The notes under the pieces: model-generated | What the model saw: only the letters and a program-made list of their open reading frames with translations | Told to the model about the DNA's origin: nothing | The model's database searches: none | In this document: in pieces, positions 10,830 to 22,840 of the stretch | Position numbering within the stretch: position 1 is the first letter of the stretch | Layout of the letters: the number at the start of each line of letters is the position of its first letter | Program-made: the position numbers and the translations under genes | Assembly: GCA_036785375.1 (NCBI GenBank) | Contig: JAWMAR010000034.1 | Span: 10,602,001-10,666,000 of the forward strand | Source: Leucoraja ocellata | Lineage: Eukaryota | Length of the DNA: 64,000 nt | Direction: 5' to 3'

Positions 10830-12275
10830 TAGTGTCAGTTGCAAACTTACTAATTGTGCCTTATACATTCTCATCCAAATTGTTGCTATAAACCACAAAA
10901 ATAAATGGGCCTAGCACCAATTCCTGAGGCATTCATGAGTCACAGGCCTCCATTCTGAACAAACCACGTTGCATCACCACCCTCTGCTTCCTTCCATTGA
11001 GCTAATTCTGTGTCCTGTCACAGACCTCCAGTCTGAAAAAACAACCTTCCACCACCACCCTTTGCTTCCTTCCATTAAGCAAATTTTGTAACGGGTCAAG
11101 TCAAGAGAGTTTATTATCATGTGTCCCAGATAGGATAATGAAATTCTTGCTATATATATATATATATATATACATATACACACATAAATAAACAGATAAA
11201 GTGCAATAGGCTGTTATAGTTCAGAGTTTGAAGTTGTGTCTAATAGTCTGATGGCTGTGGGAAAGAAGCTGTTCCTGAACCTGGATGTTGCAGATTTCAG
11301 GCTCCTGAACTTTCTACCTGATGGCAGCGGAGAGATGAGTGTGTGGCCAGGATGGTGTGGGTCCTTGATGATGCTGGCAGCCTTTTTGAGGCAGCCACTG
11401 CAATAGATACCCTCGATGGGAGGTCAGAGCCGATGATGGACTGGACAGTGCTTACAATGTTTTACAGCCTTTTCCGCTCCTGGACGCTCAAGTTGCCGAA
11501 TCAAGCCGTGATGCAACCGGTCAGCATTCTCTGTACTGTGCAACTGTAGAAGTTCGAGAGAGTCCTCCTTGACATACCGACTCTCCGTAATCTTCTCAGG
11601 AAGTAGAGGTGCTGATGTGCTTTCTTTATACTTGCATCAGTGTTCTGGGACCAGGAGAGGTCTTCGGAAATATGCAAGCCCAGGAATTTAAAGTTGTTGA
11701 CCCTTTCCACCATGATATAAACGGGACTGTGGGTCCCCATCCTACCCCTTCCGAAGTCCACAATCAGTTCCTTGGTTTTGCTGGTGTTGAGAGCCAGGTT
11801 ATTGTGCTGGCACCATTTGGTCAATCGGTCGATCTCACTTCTATACTCTGACTTGTACCCATCAGTGATACGTATCACAACAGTGGTGTCGTCGGCGAAC
11901 TTGATGATGGAGTTCGCACTATGTCCGGCTACGCAGCCATGAGTATAGAGTGAGTACAGCAGGGGGCTGAGCACGCAGCCTTGAGGTGCTCCCGTGCTGA
12001 TTGTTATCGAGAATGACACATTTCCACCAATGCGGACAGACTGTGGTCTGTGAATGAGGAAGTCGAGGATCCAATTGCAGAGGGATGCGCAGAGACCCAG
12101 ATCTAAGAGCTTGCTAACCAGCTTGGAGGGGATGATGGTTAGCTGTCCCTGGATCCCATGCAATCATGCCGTCCAGAGCAGCCTATCACGTGGAGCCTAA
12201 TCAAAGGCCTTGCTGAAGTCCATATAGAAAACATCTAAGGCCTTTCCCTCGTCATTTTTCCCCATTACTTCAAAA
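10830..12275 (-). mobile_element. CR1 RT fragment interrupted by Rex1 (11095-12139)
   Basis: CR1 sequence (TCATCCAAAT...CCTAGCACC...GTCACAGGCCTCCA) on the left continues as AGCTGTCCCTGGATCCCATG...AAAGGCCTTGCTGAAGTCCATATAG on the right. Confidence 0.7.
11095..12139 (-). mobile_element. Rex1/Babar non-LTR retrotransposon, 5'-truncated
   Basis: ORF 11501-12163: [41 protein letters not shown]; (CTTGA)n tail; (TA)n tract at 11151-11171. Confidence 0.92.
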
Positions 12276-12599
12276 AAGCCAAAATCCCTAACAACATCTG
12301 TTTATCCAAATATATATATATATCTTGTTCACAATATTGATATAAATTTGTTTACAATGCATGTAATAATACCCCAAAATTGAATTAAAGCAGAATTTAT
12401 TTAAAAAGGGGTGCTTTTTCAACTAGGCAAAAAAGTACATCTTCCACATTAGGAACATTGAATTCTGCCTGGGTAACTTAGCCTGTTTTTCATGGTTGAC
12501 TGCTTCAAGTGCTTCTTAACTAAAACTATAAATATTCACTCTTATTAAAGTGAAGATATAAATATACAATTGTGGGTGGACCTACTTCTTTTTGGGGAA

Positions 12600-12890
12600 A
12601 AAAAAATTCTGGAGTAATTTAGCTGGTCAGGCAGCATCTCAGGAGGACATGGATAGGTGATGTTCTGGGTCAACTCTGCTGAAGTGGGCGAGAGATGTTT
12701 CGGATGTGGGTCGGAAGGGGCTGGACAAGTGAGGACAAAATGTAAATTAGTTTTGAGATTAGGTCGTTGGGGAAGGAGCAGGCAGCAACAATGCATCTGC
12801 CAGGGCAGTTCTGTCTGGATTTTGAGAAGGTAGTAGGAACCGTCAGTACTGGATAGGGGAACTATAAGATTGGAGGCTGTAGAAGGGAGG
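12600..12890 (-). mobile_element. Penelope-like element remnant: RT fragment + pLTR
   Basis: Minus strand translates with frameshifts to LPSTASNLIVP..SYYLLKIQ / NCPGRCIVAACSFPNDLISK / LSSLVQPLPTHIRN, resembling the PLE RT motif FYxLPKIHK...RPIVS, directly followed by the pLTR repeat. Confidence 0.7.
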
Positions 12891-13914
12891 TGAATTTTCC
12901 TCTCTCCTCAGCAACCCACAATCATTTTTTGTAACTTTTTGTCAGTTGTTTGTCTGGTTGATCAGTATTAAGCTTATTCAGCCGTTGATTGGTCCCAAGT
13001 TATTCAAGATAATGTGACACCAGTCAATTTGTTTACACATTAAGTTTTGTGAATTTCTTAAGCTGCCCATTGCTGTTATTTATGGCCATTTAGTTGCATA
13101 CAAATATAACTGGCCATGCTCTCAGAATATGTGGTTTTACATGGCATAACTTGGAATCATGTGACATAATGGGGAACAGGTTATAAACAAATGCAACAGG
13201 GGAATACAATCGAGTAAAACCAGAAATAAACTTTGGCAAATGAAAATTTGTAACACCTAGACCATACTGAAACCATGTAATTCAGTAAAATATGCTTGAT
13301 AATCTACCCAAACTTGCAGTTCACATGTTTAGCTGCCCTTTTCAAAGTTTTTTCTCTAAAATGCTTGTGGATTTAGTATGTTATCGAAAATTTAAAAAAA
13401 ACTTATGTCTACAGAAAATCCTATTATTTTGCAAGTACAAGCCACAAAGAAAAATGAGTTGGAACAGGAAAGAAAATGTGATCATTTTTCTTTGTGGCTT
13501 GTACTTGCAAAATAATAGGATTTTCCCACTGGCTAGGTGTCGTTTTTAAAAAGAAATTCTCTTGCACTCTGCACAACTGTTAACTCCACCTATTGAGCTA
13601 GAATAACAGCAATCATAAGGTTATTTTCAATTTTATAGTTGAAGGCCATGCATGTTTTCTTCAAGGTGGTTCTACTGAATAGTATCCAAGAACAGCAATT
13701 TTCTAAACTGAATTTGGAAAGGAAGATGGCTCTTGCAAACCTTTGGTCATTTCAAATCTCATCACAAATAATGAATATCTGATTTGAAGTATACAGTCAT
13801 ACCTGGATTGCTCAGCATGCCAAAACTACACAGGCTGGGAATATATCAATGAGCATAATGCTAGTGAATGGGAAGCCACTATAATGAGGAACCTGTCTAA
13901 CCAATGAAAAGGTG

Positions 13915-14256
13915 GATATATAAAAATTATAAGAGGCATCGATAGGGTAGACGGTCAGAATCTTTTTTCCAGGATGGAAAAACCAAATACTAGAGGGCAT
14001 TGATTTAAGGCGAGAGGAGCAAAGTTTAAAGGAGTAGAGTGTTATTTTAGAGGGTGGCGAGAGCCTGGAATGTGCTGCCGGGTGTGGGGGTTGAAGCAGA
14101 TCTGTTAGTAGCATTTAAATTACTTTTGGATAGGTATATGGATATGGAGGGATATGGATTATGTGCAGGTAGATAAGTGTTGGTCTTGGCATCATGTTCA
14201 GCACACACATTGTGGGCCGAAGAGCCTGTTCTTTTCCTGTACTGTTCTTTGTTCTA
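13915..14256 (+). mobile_element. CR1 LINE 3' fragment
   Basis: TATAAAATTATAAGAGGCATCGATAGGGTAGAC...GGGCCGAAGAGCCTGTTC...TGTTCT. Confidence 0.8.
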
Positions 14257-14379
14257 CGCTTGGACTCTGCCAGACAATCCAACAGTTAAACAAAGTTGTT
14301 ACCATTAAAATTGATCCAAGTGAAATCAGCGTTTAAAAAATGTGGATATTCTGATTTTTTTTTTCTTTCTTTCTTTCAG

Positions 14380-14458
14380 GATGAACAGTTTTTGGGTTTC
14401 TGCTCGGATGATAACAGTGTACGGAGCCCGGCAAGGTGTAATTTCAGAGCCCTGCGAG
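14380..14458 (+). CDS. KMT2A: KMT2A exon 2 (DEQFLGFCSDDNSVRSPAR...)
   Basis: Polypyrimidine tract + TTTCAG acceptor and CGAG|GTAATT donor; peptide matches MLL1 DEQFLGFGSDEEVRVRSPTR; 79 nt, phase 0->1, joins exon 3 in frame. Confidence 0.9.
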
Positions 14459-14570
14459 GTAATTGTCATCTTTTCTATATTATATTAACATAATGCAGAT
14501 CCCTTCAAAGTATAAACAGTAAAGTTTGTTTTGAACTTGGGAATTAATTTTTAACGCTCAAGTTAGACAT

Positions 14571-14736
14571 TTTAAATCACTTCCTAATGTTCCTTTGGTT
14601 GATGTAAATCCTGATTACTACTCAGTAAAATCTCATAAGTATCAGCAGCTCACACTGATGCTTACGGAATTTAACTCAGTAGTAATCAGGATCTGCATCA
14701 AGCAGAGACCAAAGGAACATTAGGAAGTGATTTAAA
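14571..14736. repeat. 166-bp imperfect palindrome (foldback/MITE-like)
   Basis: Outer 29 bp are perfectly inverted (TTTAAATCACTTCCTAATGTTCCTTTGGT / ACCAAAGGAACATTAGGAAGTGATTTAAA); inner arms pair imperfectly around a loop of about 9 nt. Confidence 0.9.
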
Positions 14737-15319
14737 CTGGAAAGCTTTACAAAAATGAGACTGCATTTGGTTTCTGCACGTCTGTTTTCTAATGTTGCGG
14801 CCACACAAGTACTTGAAATTTCAAGCACAGTTTTGATATTGCACCTTTAGGAATTCTGGTTAAATATCATAGCCTCTGCAAATCGATGGCAACAGTTATC
14901 AAACACAAATAGACTTTCCGCCTTTTGATTTCACAATTTCCTAACTATGTCTTCTAAAAGTAAAACAGGAATTGTTTGTGCGATTTGTGCAGTCGCTTAA
15001 ACGCCCCACTATTCAGGATGATCAATGTTGGAAGTAGTTGTGTGCTTGAGGACATTTTATAAAGGCCAGCTCCAACATGTTGCTGGCATTTGGTGAGGGA
15101 TATAGCATAATTTTCATGTTGCCATTGGAATCATTCACAGTGGTTGCTGCACTCGTGTTATAGGGGATAAATGTAATTACTCTAAGCACTTGACTCCTGT
15201 TAAACCTAAACACAGTGGTTATAAATCTTTGGAATTTGACACATGCAGTTTTTTGAGGTTGCATCTTGGATATACTTTATACATTTTGTCTCTGGAACTA
15301 AATAAATTGAAATTGCTGT

Positions 15320-16315
15320 TGGTTTATTAATGTCATGTGCGCCAAGATAGGGGGCAAAATCTTATTTCCTATCCAGGTTAATCATAGCATACATGAGTGC
15401 GTCAGGTTGTGCAAAAGTGAAAAGAGTGCAGAATATCATGTTACAACAACATAGAAAATGCAGATATATTTTTTAAAAAGTGCAAGGGCCACAGTGAGGT
15501 AGATTGGACGATCAAGGCTTCATTCATATCGTATGAGAAATCCTCTCAAGAATTTGATACCAGCGGGGAAGAAGCAGTTCTGGATTCTGATGGCATGTGC
15601 TTTCCAGGAAGGAAGAGAGAAATGACCAGGGTGTGAATGGTCCTTCATGATATTGGCTACTTTGTCGAGGCAGCGTGAAATACAGGTGAAGTTGATGGTG
15701 GGGAGTCTGGTTTGTGTGATGGACTGTGCTGCAATTTCTTGGGGTCTTTGCAGAGCAGTTGCCATATCACGTTGTGATGCGTCTAGACTATAAATCGCCT
15801 GTATGAATTGGTAAGAATTGGCTACATGCCGAATTTCCCTTGCCCTCTGAGGAAGGAGAAGCGTTGATATGCTTTCTTACTCTTTGATACTTTCAAGAGA
15901 GAGCTAGATAGGGCTCTTAAAGATAGCGGAGTCGGGGGATAATGGGAGAAGGCAGGAATGCGGTACTGATTGGGGATGATTAGCCATGATCACATTGAAT
16001 GATGGTGCTGGCTCGAAGGGCCGAATGGCCTACTACTGCATCTATTGTCTATTAGCCTCGGCATCAATGTGGTTGGACCAGGATGAATTGTTAGTGATAT
16101 TTACACCCAGGAACTGAAGCTTTAGACCATCTCCTCTTCAGCGCCATTGATTCAGACTGGGATCTGTACTGCACCCTGCTTCCGGAAGTCGACGACTAGC
16201 TTCTTTGTTTTGTTAACTTTGAGGGAGAGGTTGTTATATTGACAAGTTCTATATCTGCTTCCTGTATTTTGTCTTGTTGTATGAGATGCAGCCTACTATG
16301 GTAGTGTTATCTGTC
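15320..16315 (-). mobile_element. Rex1/Babar fragment with a CR1/HER1 3' end (+, about 15885-16052) inserted
   Basis: ORF 15520-15765 resembles the Rex1 C-terminus (IMKDHSHPGH); TTTATT tail at about 15323; internal CR1 tail GGCTCGAAGGGCCGAATGGCCTAC. Confidence 0.75.
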
Positions 16316-16864
16316 AACTATCTATCGTTGCTTGGGAAAATAGATTTTGAGCAGCCAGTGATTAATATTAAGAGTAGGATTACATTGGTAGCTTCCATTA
16401 ATCGAGCAGGTTTTAATAACAATGCATGATTCTGACTACACTTAACTGAATTTAAGGTAGTTTTTTGAAAGACAACTTTGTCATTACCATTGTGATGGTT
16501 ATCACATCAAATCCATAATCTGCTCTTGCTTTATCTCTAACCCCATCTCCTTAATCTCGATAGGATCTGACCTATTTGCAGCAAAAGTAATATTTGCAGT
16601 AAAAGTAAATAGTTTTTTATGATCTATTTTCCTGACCTTTGCCGCAATTATTTAATTTGTTGACACAGTGATGTGTCTTCATGTATATTTGTATCCTGGA
16701 TTACCTTTTCGTCACTCCTAGTTACCGTGCCAGTACTTCAAATAGCTAGACTGCGATAAATGAGTAGCATCTATCAATGGTAAAGCAGAGGGATTGAACC
16801 GGATGGTTAATCTCTTCATCTTTGTCGGTGGTTCTCTTCCTAAATGTGTGTAGTCTCACTGTGT

Positions 16865-17117
16865 CAACATAGCACAGTACAGCAGCGGAACGGGCCTTTC
16901 GGCCCACAATATTTGTGCCAAACATGATGTCAAGTTAAACTGATCTTATCTGTCTATACATGATCTATAACCCATCATTCCCTGCGCTCCCGTGTGTTTA
17001 AAACCCTTTTAAATGTCACTATCGTATCTGTCTCCACCACCATCTCTGGTGATGCCTTCCAGGCACCCACCATTATCTGTTAAAATAACCTGTTCAGCAC
17101 ATCGCCATTAAACTTTC
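16865..17117 (-). mobile_element. CR1 LINE 3' fragment
   Basis: ACAGTACAGCAGCGGAACGGGCCTTTCGGCCCAC...TCCACCACCATCTCTGG. Confidence 0.75.
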
Positions 17118-17987
17118 CTACTCTTGCTGAGTAAAGAGGTTAATACACAAAGAGACTGCCAAAAATGCTGAAACAGCTGAAGAGAGTGATTTGTGAGGAA
17201 ATTCTTGCTCTAACAAACTACTGATAAGGAACATTTCTAAAGATGGCTGTGCAAAGCACATCTGGGCAGAATCAATGAGAATCAAACTATGGATGGAATT
17301 GTGGGTATTAATCAAAAGACTCTAAAAGCCATGCCTTTTCGCATTTTTAAACAAAACTACCAATTGTTGAGTTAACCAAGCAGCCATCTGAGGCTTTTGA
17401 GACAAAACCTGAACCCTTGACGTCAGAGTAAAACTGTCAGACAGGACTGTTGGAGGAGAAAGGTGATTCTAGACTTTTCTCAGGGGTGTGTTTAGGCATC
17501 TTCTGCATACGCTCTTCTGCCTGACTTTAAAACTGGGTAATGTTGCCTGATGCCTGAGTGTGTTGGGAACTATGACTTGAAATTTAACCTTGTGTCCCCA
17601 AACTATATTGGTGTCAGTTTGTACAGGTAATTTTAAAGGGGGCCATCAAAATGTAATATGGTTAGATGTATATGCTGTGGTGCGGACCAAGGGACCATGA
17701 ATGGTCATAATAATCATCCACTTTGTTCATGACTCCCCCCCCGTCCTTCTGACCCTGGCTATCAACATCCTGCTGCGAACTACAGATCGATCTCTCCCTG
17801 CAATTAACATAATTAAAATGTTCCAGTATTGCAACTTCAATTATCAGTTGTCATCTTCTACACTGACTTTCAACAGCTCTGATGTTGGCTCTTGTTGCCT
17901 TTATTTTTTAATCTAAATGTGATAGGTTCTTGCCTTAATTTACATGATAAGTAAAATATTTCTGTTCAAATCATATTACTTACTCAT

Positions 17988-18100
17988 CTGGGGAACGGCT
18001 GGAGAATGGGGTTAGGAGGGAGAGATAGTTCAGCCATGATTGAATGGCGGAGCAGACTTGATGGGCCAACTGGCCTAATTCTGCTCCTATCATTTTTGAC
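17988..18100 (+). mobile_element. CR1/HER1 3' end
   Basis: GGAGAATGGGGTTAGGAGGGAGAGATAGTTCAGCCATGATTGAATGGCGG...CTAATTCTGCTCCTAT. Confidence 0.8.
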
Positions 18101-18271
18101 CTTGGCTGCTTACTTCTGATTTTGGGGACATTTACAACTTGTGTTTACGCTGTATTTACAGCACTGGTGTGTGTAATTAGTACTGCACTGGTTGTGAACA
18201 AAATTATTTACATTGATTAGATTACAATGGTTTTTTACTATTTCTAATTTAAAATTATCTTTAATTTATAG

Positions 18272-20925
18272 TTGAATCTCCTCAAAGGAAGCTTCGGGGA
18301 CGACAACGGACATTTTCTTCGCAAAGCTCGGATGTATTATCAGATTCATCCTCTGCACTGTCACCTCCAAACAAGGTTGAGTCGAAGCCTGTTGATAAAG
18401 AAAAGAAGCAAGAATTAAACACCAGTGAGAGGAAGAGGGGTCGGCCTCCAGTGTTGAGCAATCCAAAGCTTCACGTTGCACAAGATAAGAAGGAAACAAC
18501 AAATGGGAAAACAGAGAAACAAAAAAATGAAAAAGAAAAGAAAGAGAAGAAGAAACCTGCATTATTGCAGCAGGTGACAAAAATAAAGAAACTGAGAGTA
18601 GTTAAACTGTCACCTTTGCAGTCCAAATTGAAGAAAGCTAAACTACAGATTAATAGCAATGGGGGAAAGATTGAACGGAAGAGAGGGAGGCCACCATCTT
18701 CGGAGCGTTTGAAGACTGTTCCAAAACTCCTTGTTCCAACACAAACTAAGAAACAAAAGAGGCTATGCAAGGAGAAAGATGGAACACCAACACAAAAGTC
18801 GCCAGTGACAAAAGAGATGAAGTCTTCTGTCAGACAGAGGCCCCGCAGGATAACCAAGCCAGTCAGAGTTGTTCCTGTCACTAAAAGGACTGATGCAGCT
18901 ATTGCAAAACAGCTCTTACAGAGAGCCAAAAAAGGAGCCCAGAAACGCATGGCTTCACCTCAACTGAAAAATATTCGTCAGTTTATCATGCCAGTCATCA
19001 GTGCCATTTCTTCAAGGATAATTAAGACTCCAAAAAGATTTATTGAAGATGACAGCTATGTACCTCCTGTCAAAGCTCCACGCCTAGAGTCAACTCCAAC
19101 TAGTCGGTTCAGCTCAATATCTTGTGGGTCTAGTGAGAAGTCCAGTGCTGTTTCACAGCATTCATCACAAATGTCTTCTGATTCTTCGAGATCAAGCAGC
19201 CCCAGTGTTACCTCCACTGATTCACAGGTATCTGATGAATTGCAGACTCTTCCTCAAGTACCAACTCAGTCTCCAGATTTGCACAGTTGTTTAAATGCCT
19301 CACAGTCCAGTGAACCAGGAGGGGCAGATAAAAAAGGTCACCGATTTTCAATGCCAGAAAGAAGCAATACTACAAGCAAGAAATTGCCAACTTCTTCCCC
19401 ACAGCCAACATCCTCATCTCCACCACCACCATTGCTTTCTCCTCCTCCTCCCCTACAGCAAACCTCAAACGTATCTGATCATTCTCCCTGGCTGATGCCT
19501 CCAACCATACCATTCATTTCACCACCAACAGGCTTGCCAGAAAAACGGAAGTCTATCTTAAGAGAACCAACATTCAAATGGACATCTCTGAAAAACCTGA
19601 GGCCAGAATCGCATCAGTACTTCTCCTCAGCAAAGTACGCCAAAGAAGGACTTATCCGCAAGCCAATATTTGATAACTTCATAACATCACCACTAACGCC
19701 TGAAGATGTTGGTTTGCCAACCAGGTTTCATTCATCTCCCAGCACACCACCACCACCTCGACTTTTCTCCTCGCTTCATCCTGCCTCCAGGTTTGATACT
19801 CACAAAAGAAGTCCACTGCTCCGCGCTCCGCGATTCACTCCTAGTGAAGCCCACTCCAGGATTTTTGAGTCTGTTACTGTATCACCACGGAATCTGCTTC
19901 GATCTTCAGTTTCTTCCTCGGGTAAAGGGCATTCTTCTAAAAGGAAGAACAAAGAGTTGCATATTTCAAGCCGTATTGATCCAAAATCTCCATCACACTC
20001 CATGAGAACCAGAAGTGGGCGACTAATATCTGCTGATCTGTCACCTATCACTCCACAGACACCCGTAACGTCCTCATCTCCTGTAAGCTCCATAATAACT
20101 GGTGCCTTAACTCCCCCTCTTGGTAGTTTGGTGCAATCTGAAGGAACAGCAAAGGATAAAGATGGTAGAACAAAGTTATCATCTCGACAGACCAGCACTC
20201 CAGGGGACAGCTTCTCTGCAGACTCGTCCAGTCCAACATCTCCATTGTATCCAACAGTCACATCCAGTGCTCAAAAGGACAAAGGCAAAAGCAAGGATAG
20301 GCAAATTGAAGGCATGGTCAAAGAGAGAGATTCTGAGAAAGGGTCAGAGAAAGACAGAGAGCGAGATAAAGAAAAGGAAAATAAACGCGAATCAAGGAAA
20401 GAAAAGAAATTGCAAAGTAAGGGGACAGAGCCTCAGAGTCCTCCACCAATGTTCCTTTACCCAGTTGCAGTGGCTGAAGACCAAACTGTTGGAGAGGATG
20501 TGGTTGCCTCATCATCAGTGAAAAAGGTTTCAGGGAGAGCCAAAAGGTCGAATTCAACTGATAAAGGTGCAGGGAGTTTGGGAGATGGGTCTTCCTCAAC
20601 GCTTTCTGATGGGAAGAATAAGAACTCAAAGAAAGGCAGATTGGGAACTGAAGAGGTGGTGCCCGTAACTGGTGGGTCAGAGAGCAGTACAGCTACATCC
20701 ATAGGCAACAAAGACAAGCCTCCTCGCCATCCTTCTATAACTTCTATGCTCTCATCTGGCACTCTTAAGCATTCTGCACCTGCTATCAGTAGTATGTTAG
20801 CACAAGCAGACAAAATGCCAACAACTGATAAGCGAGTGGCAAACCTATTGAGAAAAGCTAAAGCACAGCTTTGCAAGATTGAAAAGAACAAATCATTAAA
20901 AATTGCTAACCCAACAAAATCTCAG
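18272..20925 (+). CDS. KMT2A: KMT2A exon 3 (AT-hooks, SNL1, Ser/Pro-rich region)
   Basis: TTATAG acceptor, CAG|GTATGT donor; contains most of the 844-aa ORF with MLL1 motifs RKRGRPP x2, KNIRQFIMPV, KSILREPTF, SSAKYAKEGLIRKPIFDNF, RAPRFTPSEAHSRIFESV, LRKAKAQLCKIEK; 2654 nt. Confidence 0.97.
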
Positions 20926-20935
20926 GTATGTACAA

Positions 20936-21250
20936 CAAGGAACTGCAGTTGCTGGTTTACAAAAAAAGACAATGTGCTGGAGTAACTCAGCAGGTCAGGT
21001 AGCATCTCTGGAGGACATAGGCAATGTTTTGCGTCTGGACCTTCAATCTGATTGGTTGGGACGAACAAGAAACATGGAGGAAAGGGGAGATAGGACAAAG
21101 CCTGGCACCTTCTCCGCGATCAATCTGAAGAGGGGGCCCCCACCCAAAATGTCACCTATCCATTTTCTCCAGAGTTGCTGCCTGATCTGATGAGTTATTC
21201 CAGCATTTAGTGCCAATCTTTGGTATAAGCCAGCATCGGCAGGTCCTTTT
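20936..21250. mobile_element. Inverted pair of Penelope-like pLTR repeats
   Basis: Minus arm AAGGAACTGCAGTTGCTGG...TGCTGGAGTAACTCAGCAGGTCAGG; plus arm TCTGAAGAGGGGG...CCTGATCTGATGAGTTATTCCAGCA. Confidence 0.75.
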
Positions 21251-22019
21251 TATTATATTAACTAGCTGTTTATGTTGTGTAAAGTATTGTCTCTACCCCA
21301 AGGCCTTCCAAAACTCTCTACTCACTGAGATCTTGACAGCCCAGCATTTGGAAAGAGATGGAGCGCACTTTGCTTGAGTAACATTTTCCCATGGTTAGTA
21401 AGCGGTTATTCACTCAGAGCATGAAGGCAGTTCTTGCTAGATAGCACCATCTTATATTCTAACAAGGCACTTAGGTCCATGTTAGTACTCAGGAGAAATT
21501 CCATTCTCCCTTCCTTATTTCCCTCTGCCCTGCAATCAAGCATTGGATTCTACCTTGCCTTGAAGGACTTAGCCCAATTGGAATTATATTTCAATCAAAT
21601 TGATGAAGGGGATTATAGGGAAAAGCTATTGTTTGAAGTGTAATCCATTCTATTCCATTTGTTGTTTTTATAGTGTTTAGGAATGCTGGTATTCAAGCAA
21701 TGTCTTGGAAGTAAATTTTGCAGCATCCTATTTTCAACCAAATCTGGTTAAATGTTGCGTGAATGTGCAGCAACACAGAGTGCCTCGCGGGGTTAGTGAG
21801 GTGTTGCTTTATATTTTGCAGCTATAAGTAGGCTTTGTCCTTGGCCGAACACTGCCTGGTCCATTTTTGGATTGTATGGTTGTGGAGATTCTGATCAGAT
21901 GGTCAGATGAAGATTAACGAGCACAGGATCTGATTTGCTGGGCTGTTCTTGTGTACTCCCTCCTTTGGCAGCTTGAATTTGTGAGCGTGTTTTTTTCCTC
22001 CTTGTTCCTCCTCTCCCGA

Positions 22020-22840
22020 GTCATGATGGTACAGTATGTACATAGGCCCTTTGGCCCAACTCAGCCATGCTGACTGAGATGCCTCTCTATACTCATCCTA
22101 TTTTCCTGCATATGGCCCATACCCCTCTGTTCTTTTCCTATTCATGTACCTGACCAAATGCTTTTTGAACACCGTGGTTCAACCTGCTTGTACCATTGCC
22201 ATAGGCATCTTGTTCCATGTGCCCACCATTCTCCATGTTAAAAACGTGCCCCTCAGATCGCCTTTAAATATTTTATCTCTCTTCTTAGAACAAAGTCCTC
22301 TAAATATAGACACGCCTACCCATAGAAAATACTGCAACTATCTACCCTATTATGTAGCCTCGTCATTTTATGGTTGCCCATCAGCCTCTTGCACGTCAAG
22401 GGAACAATTCCAGCCGATTCCATCTATCCTTGTACCTCAAGCCTCCATTCCAAGCAACATCCTGGTGTATCTCTTTTGCATTCTTTCTTGCATCAGCCCA
22501 TTTTGTTCCTATAGAGTGATGACCAGAACCACACACATTATTCCAAGGGTGACCTAACCATTGTCTTGTATCGTGCGTCATTTGCATCTGCATCATAATG
22601 TCCCCATTGCAGACGACAGCCTCACCAGCCTGTTGTTTTCTCGGCTTATCCCAAGCATTCTTCTTCAATTGGGAACAACATTAGCTTCCCTCTGGTCATT
22701 GACAAAAAATCTCCATTAGAGCCCAACCAACCCTTCAAGCAAAGGGATCCATATCACCTAAGGTTTATCTTGCCCTGGGGATTTGTTGACTTTATTGTCC
22801 TTCAGTATCTCTAATACTTGCTCTTTCCTGAGACACACGT
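22020..22840 (-). mobile_element. CR1 LINE fragments
   Basis: AGGCCCTTTGGCCCAACTCAGCCATGCTGAC tail followed by degraded ORF2 pieces. Confidence 0.7.

Noticed and set aside
14431-14441. Alternative exon 2 donor AAG|GTGTAA
   Set aside because: Phase 2 would break the frame with exon 3; the donor after 14458 fits.
17120-17560. Enhancer-like cluster (E-boxes, GATA, ETS motifs)
   Set aside because: Short motifs occur by chance; no conservation or chromatin data are available.
18471-20891. Antisense and alternative-frame ORFs over exon 3 (100-159 aa)
   Set aside because: Expected shadows of a long Ser/Lys/Pro-rich coding exon; no recognisable domains.
18451-20985. 844-aa ORF as a standalone gene
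   Set aside because: It is KMT2A exon 3. The frame opens at the acceptor at 18272 and is spliced at 20925; the GTG start and last 19 codons are not real termini.
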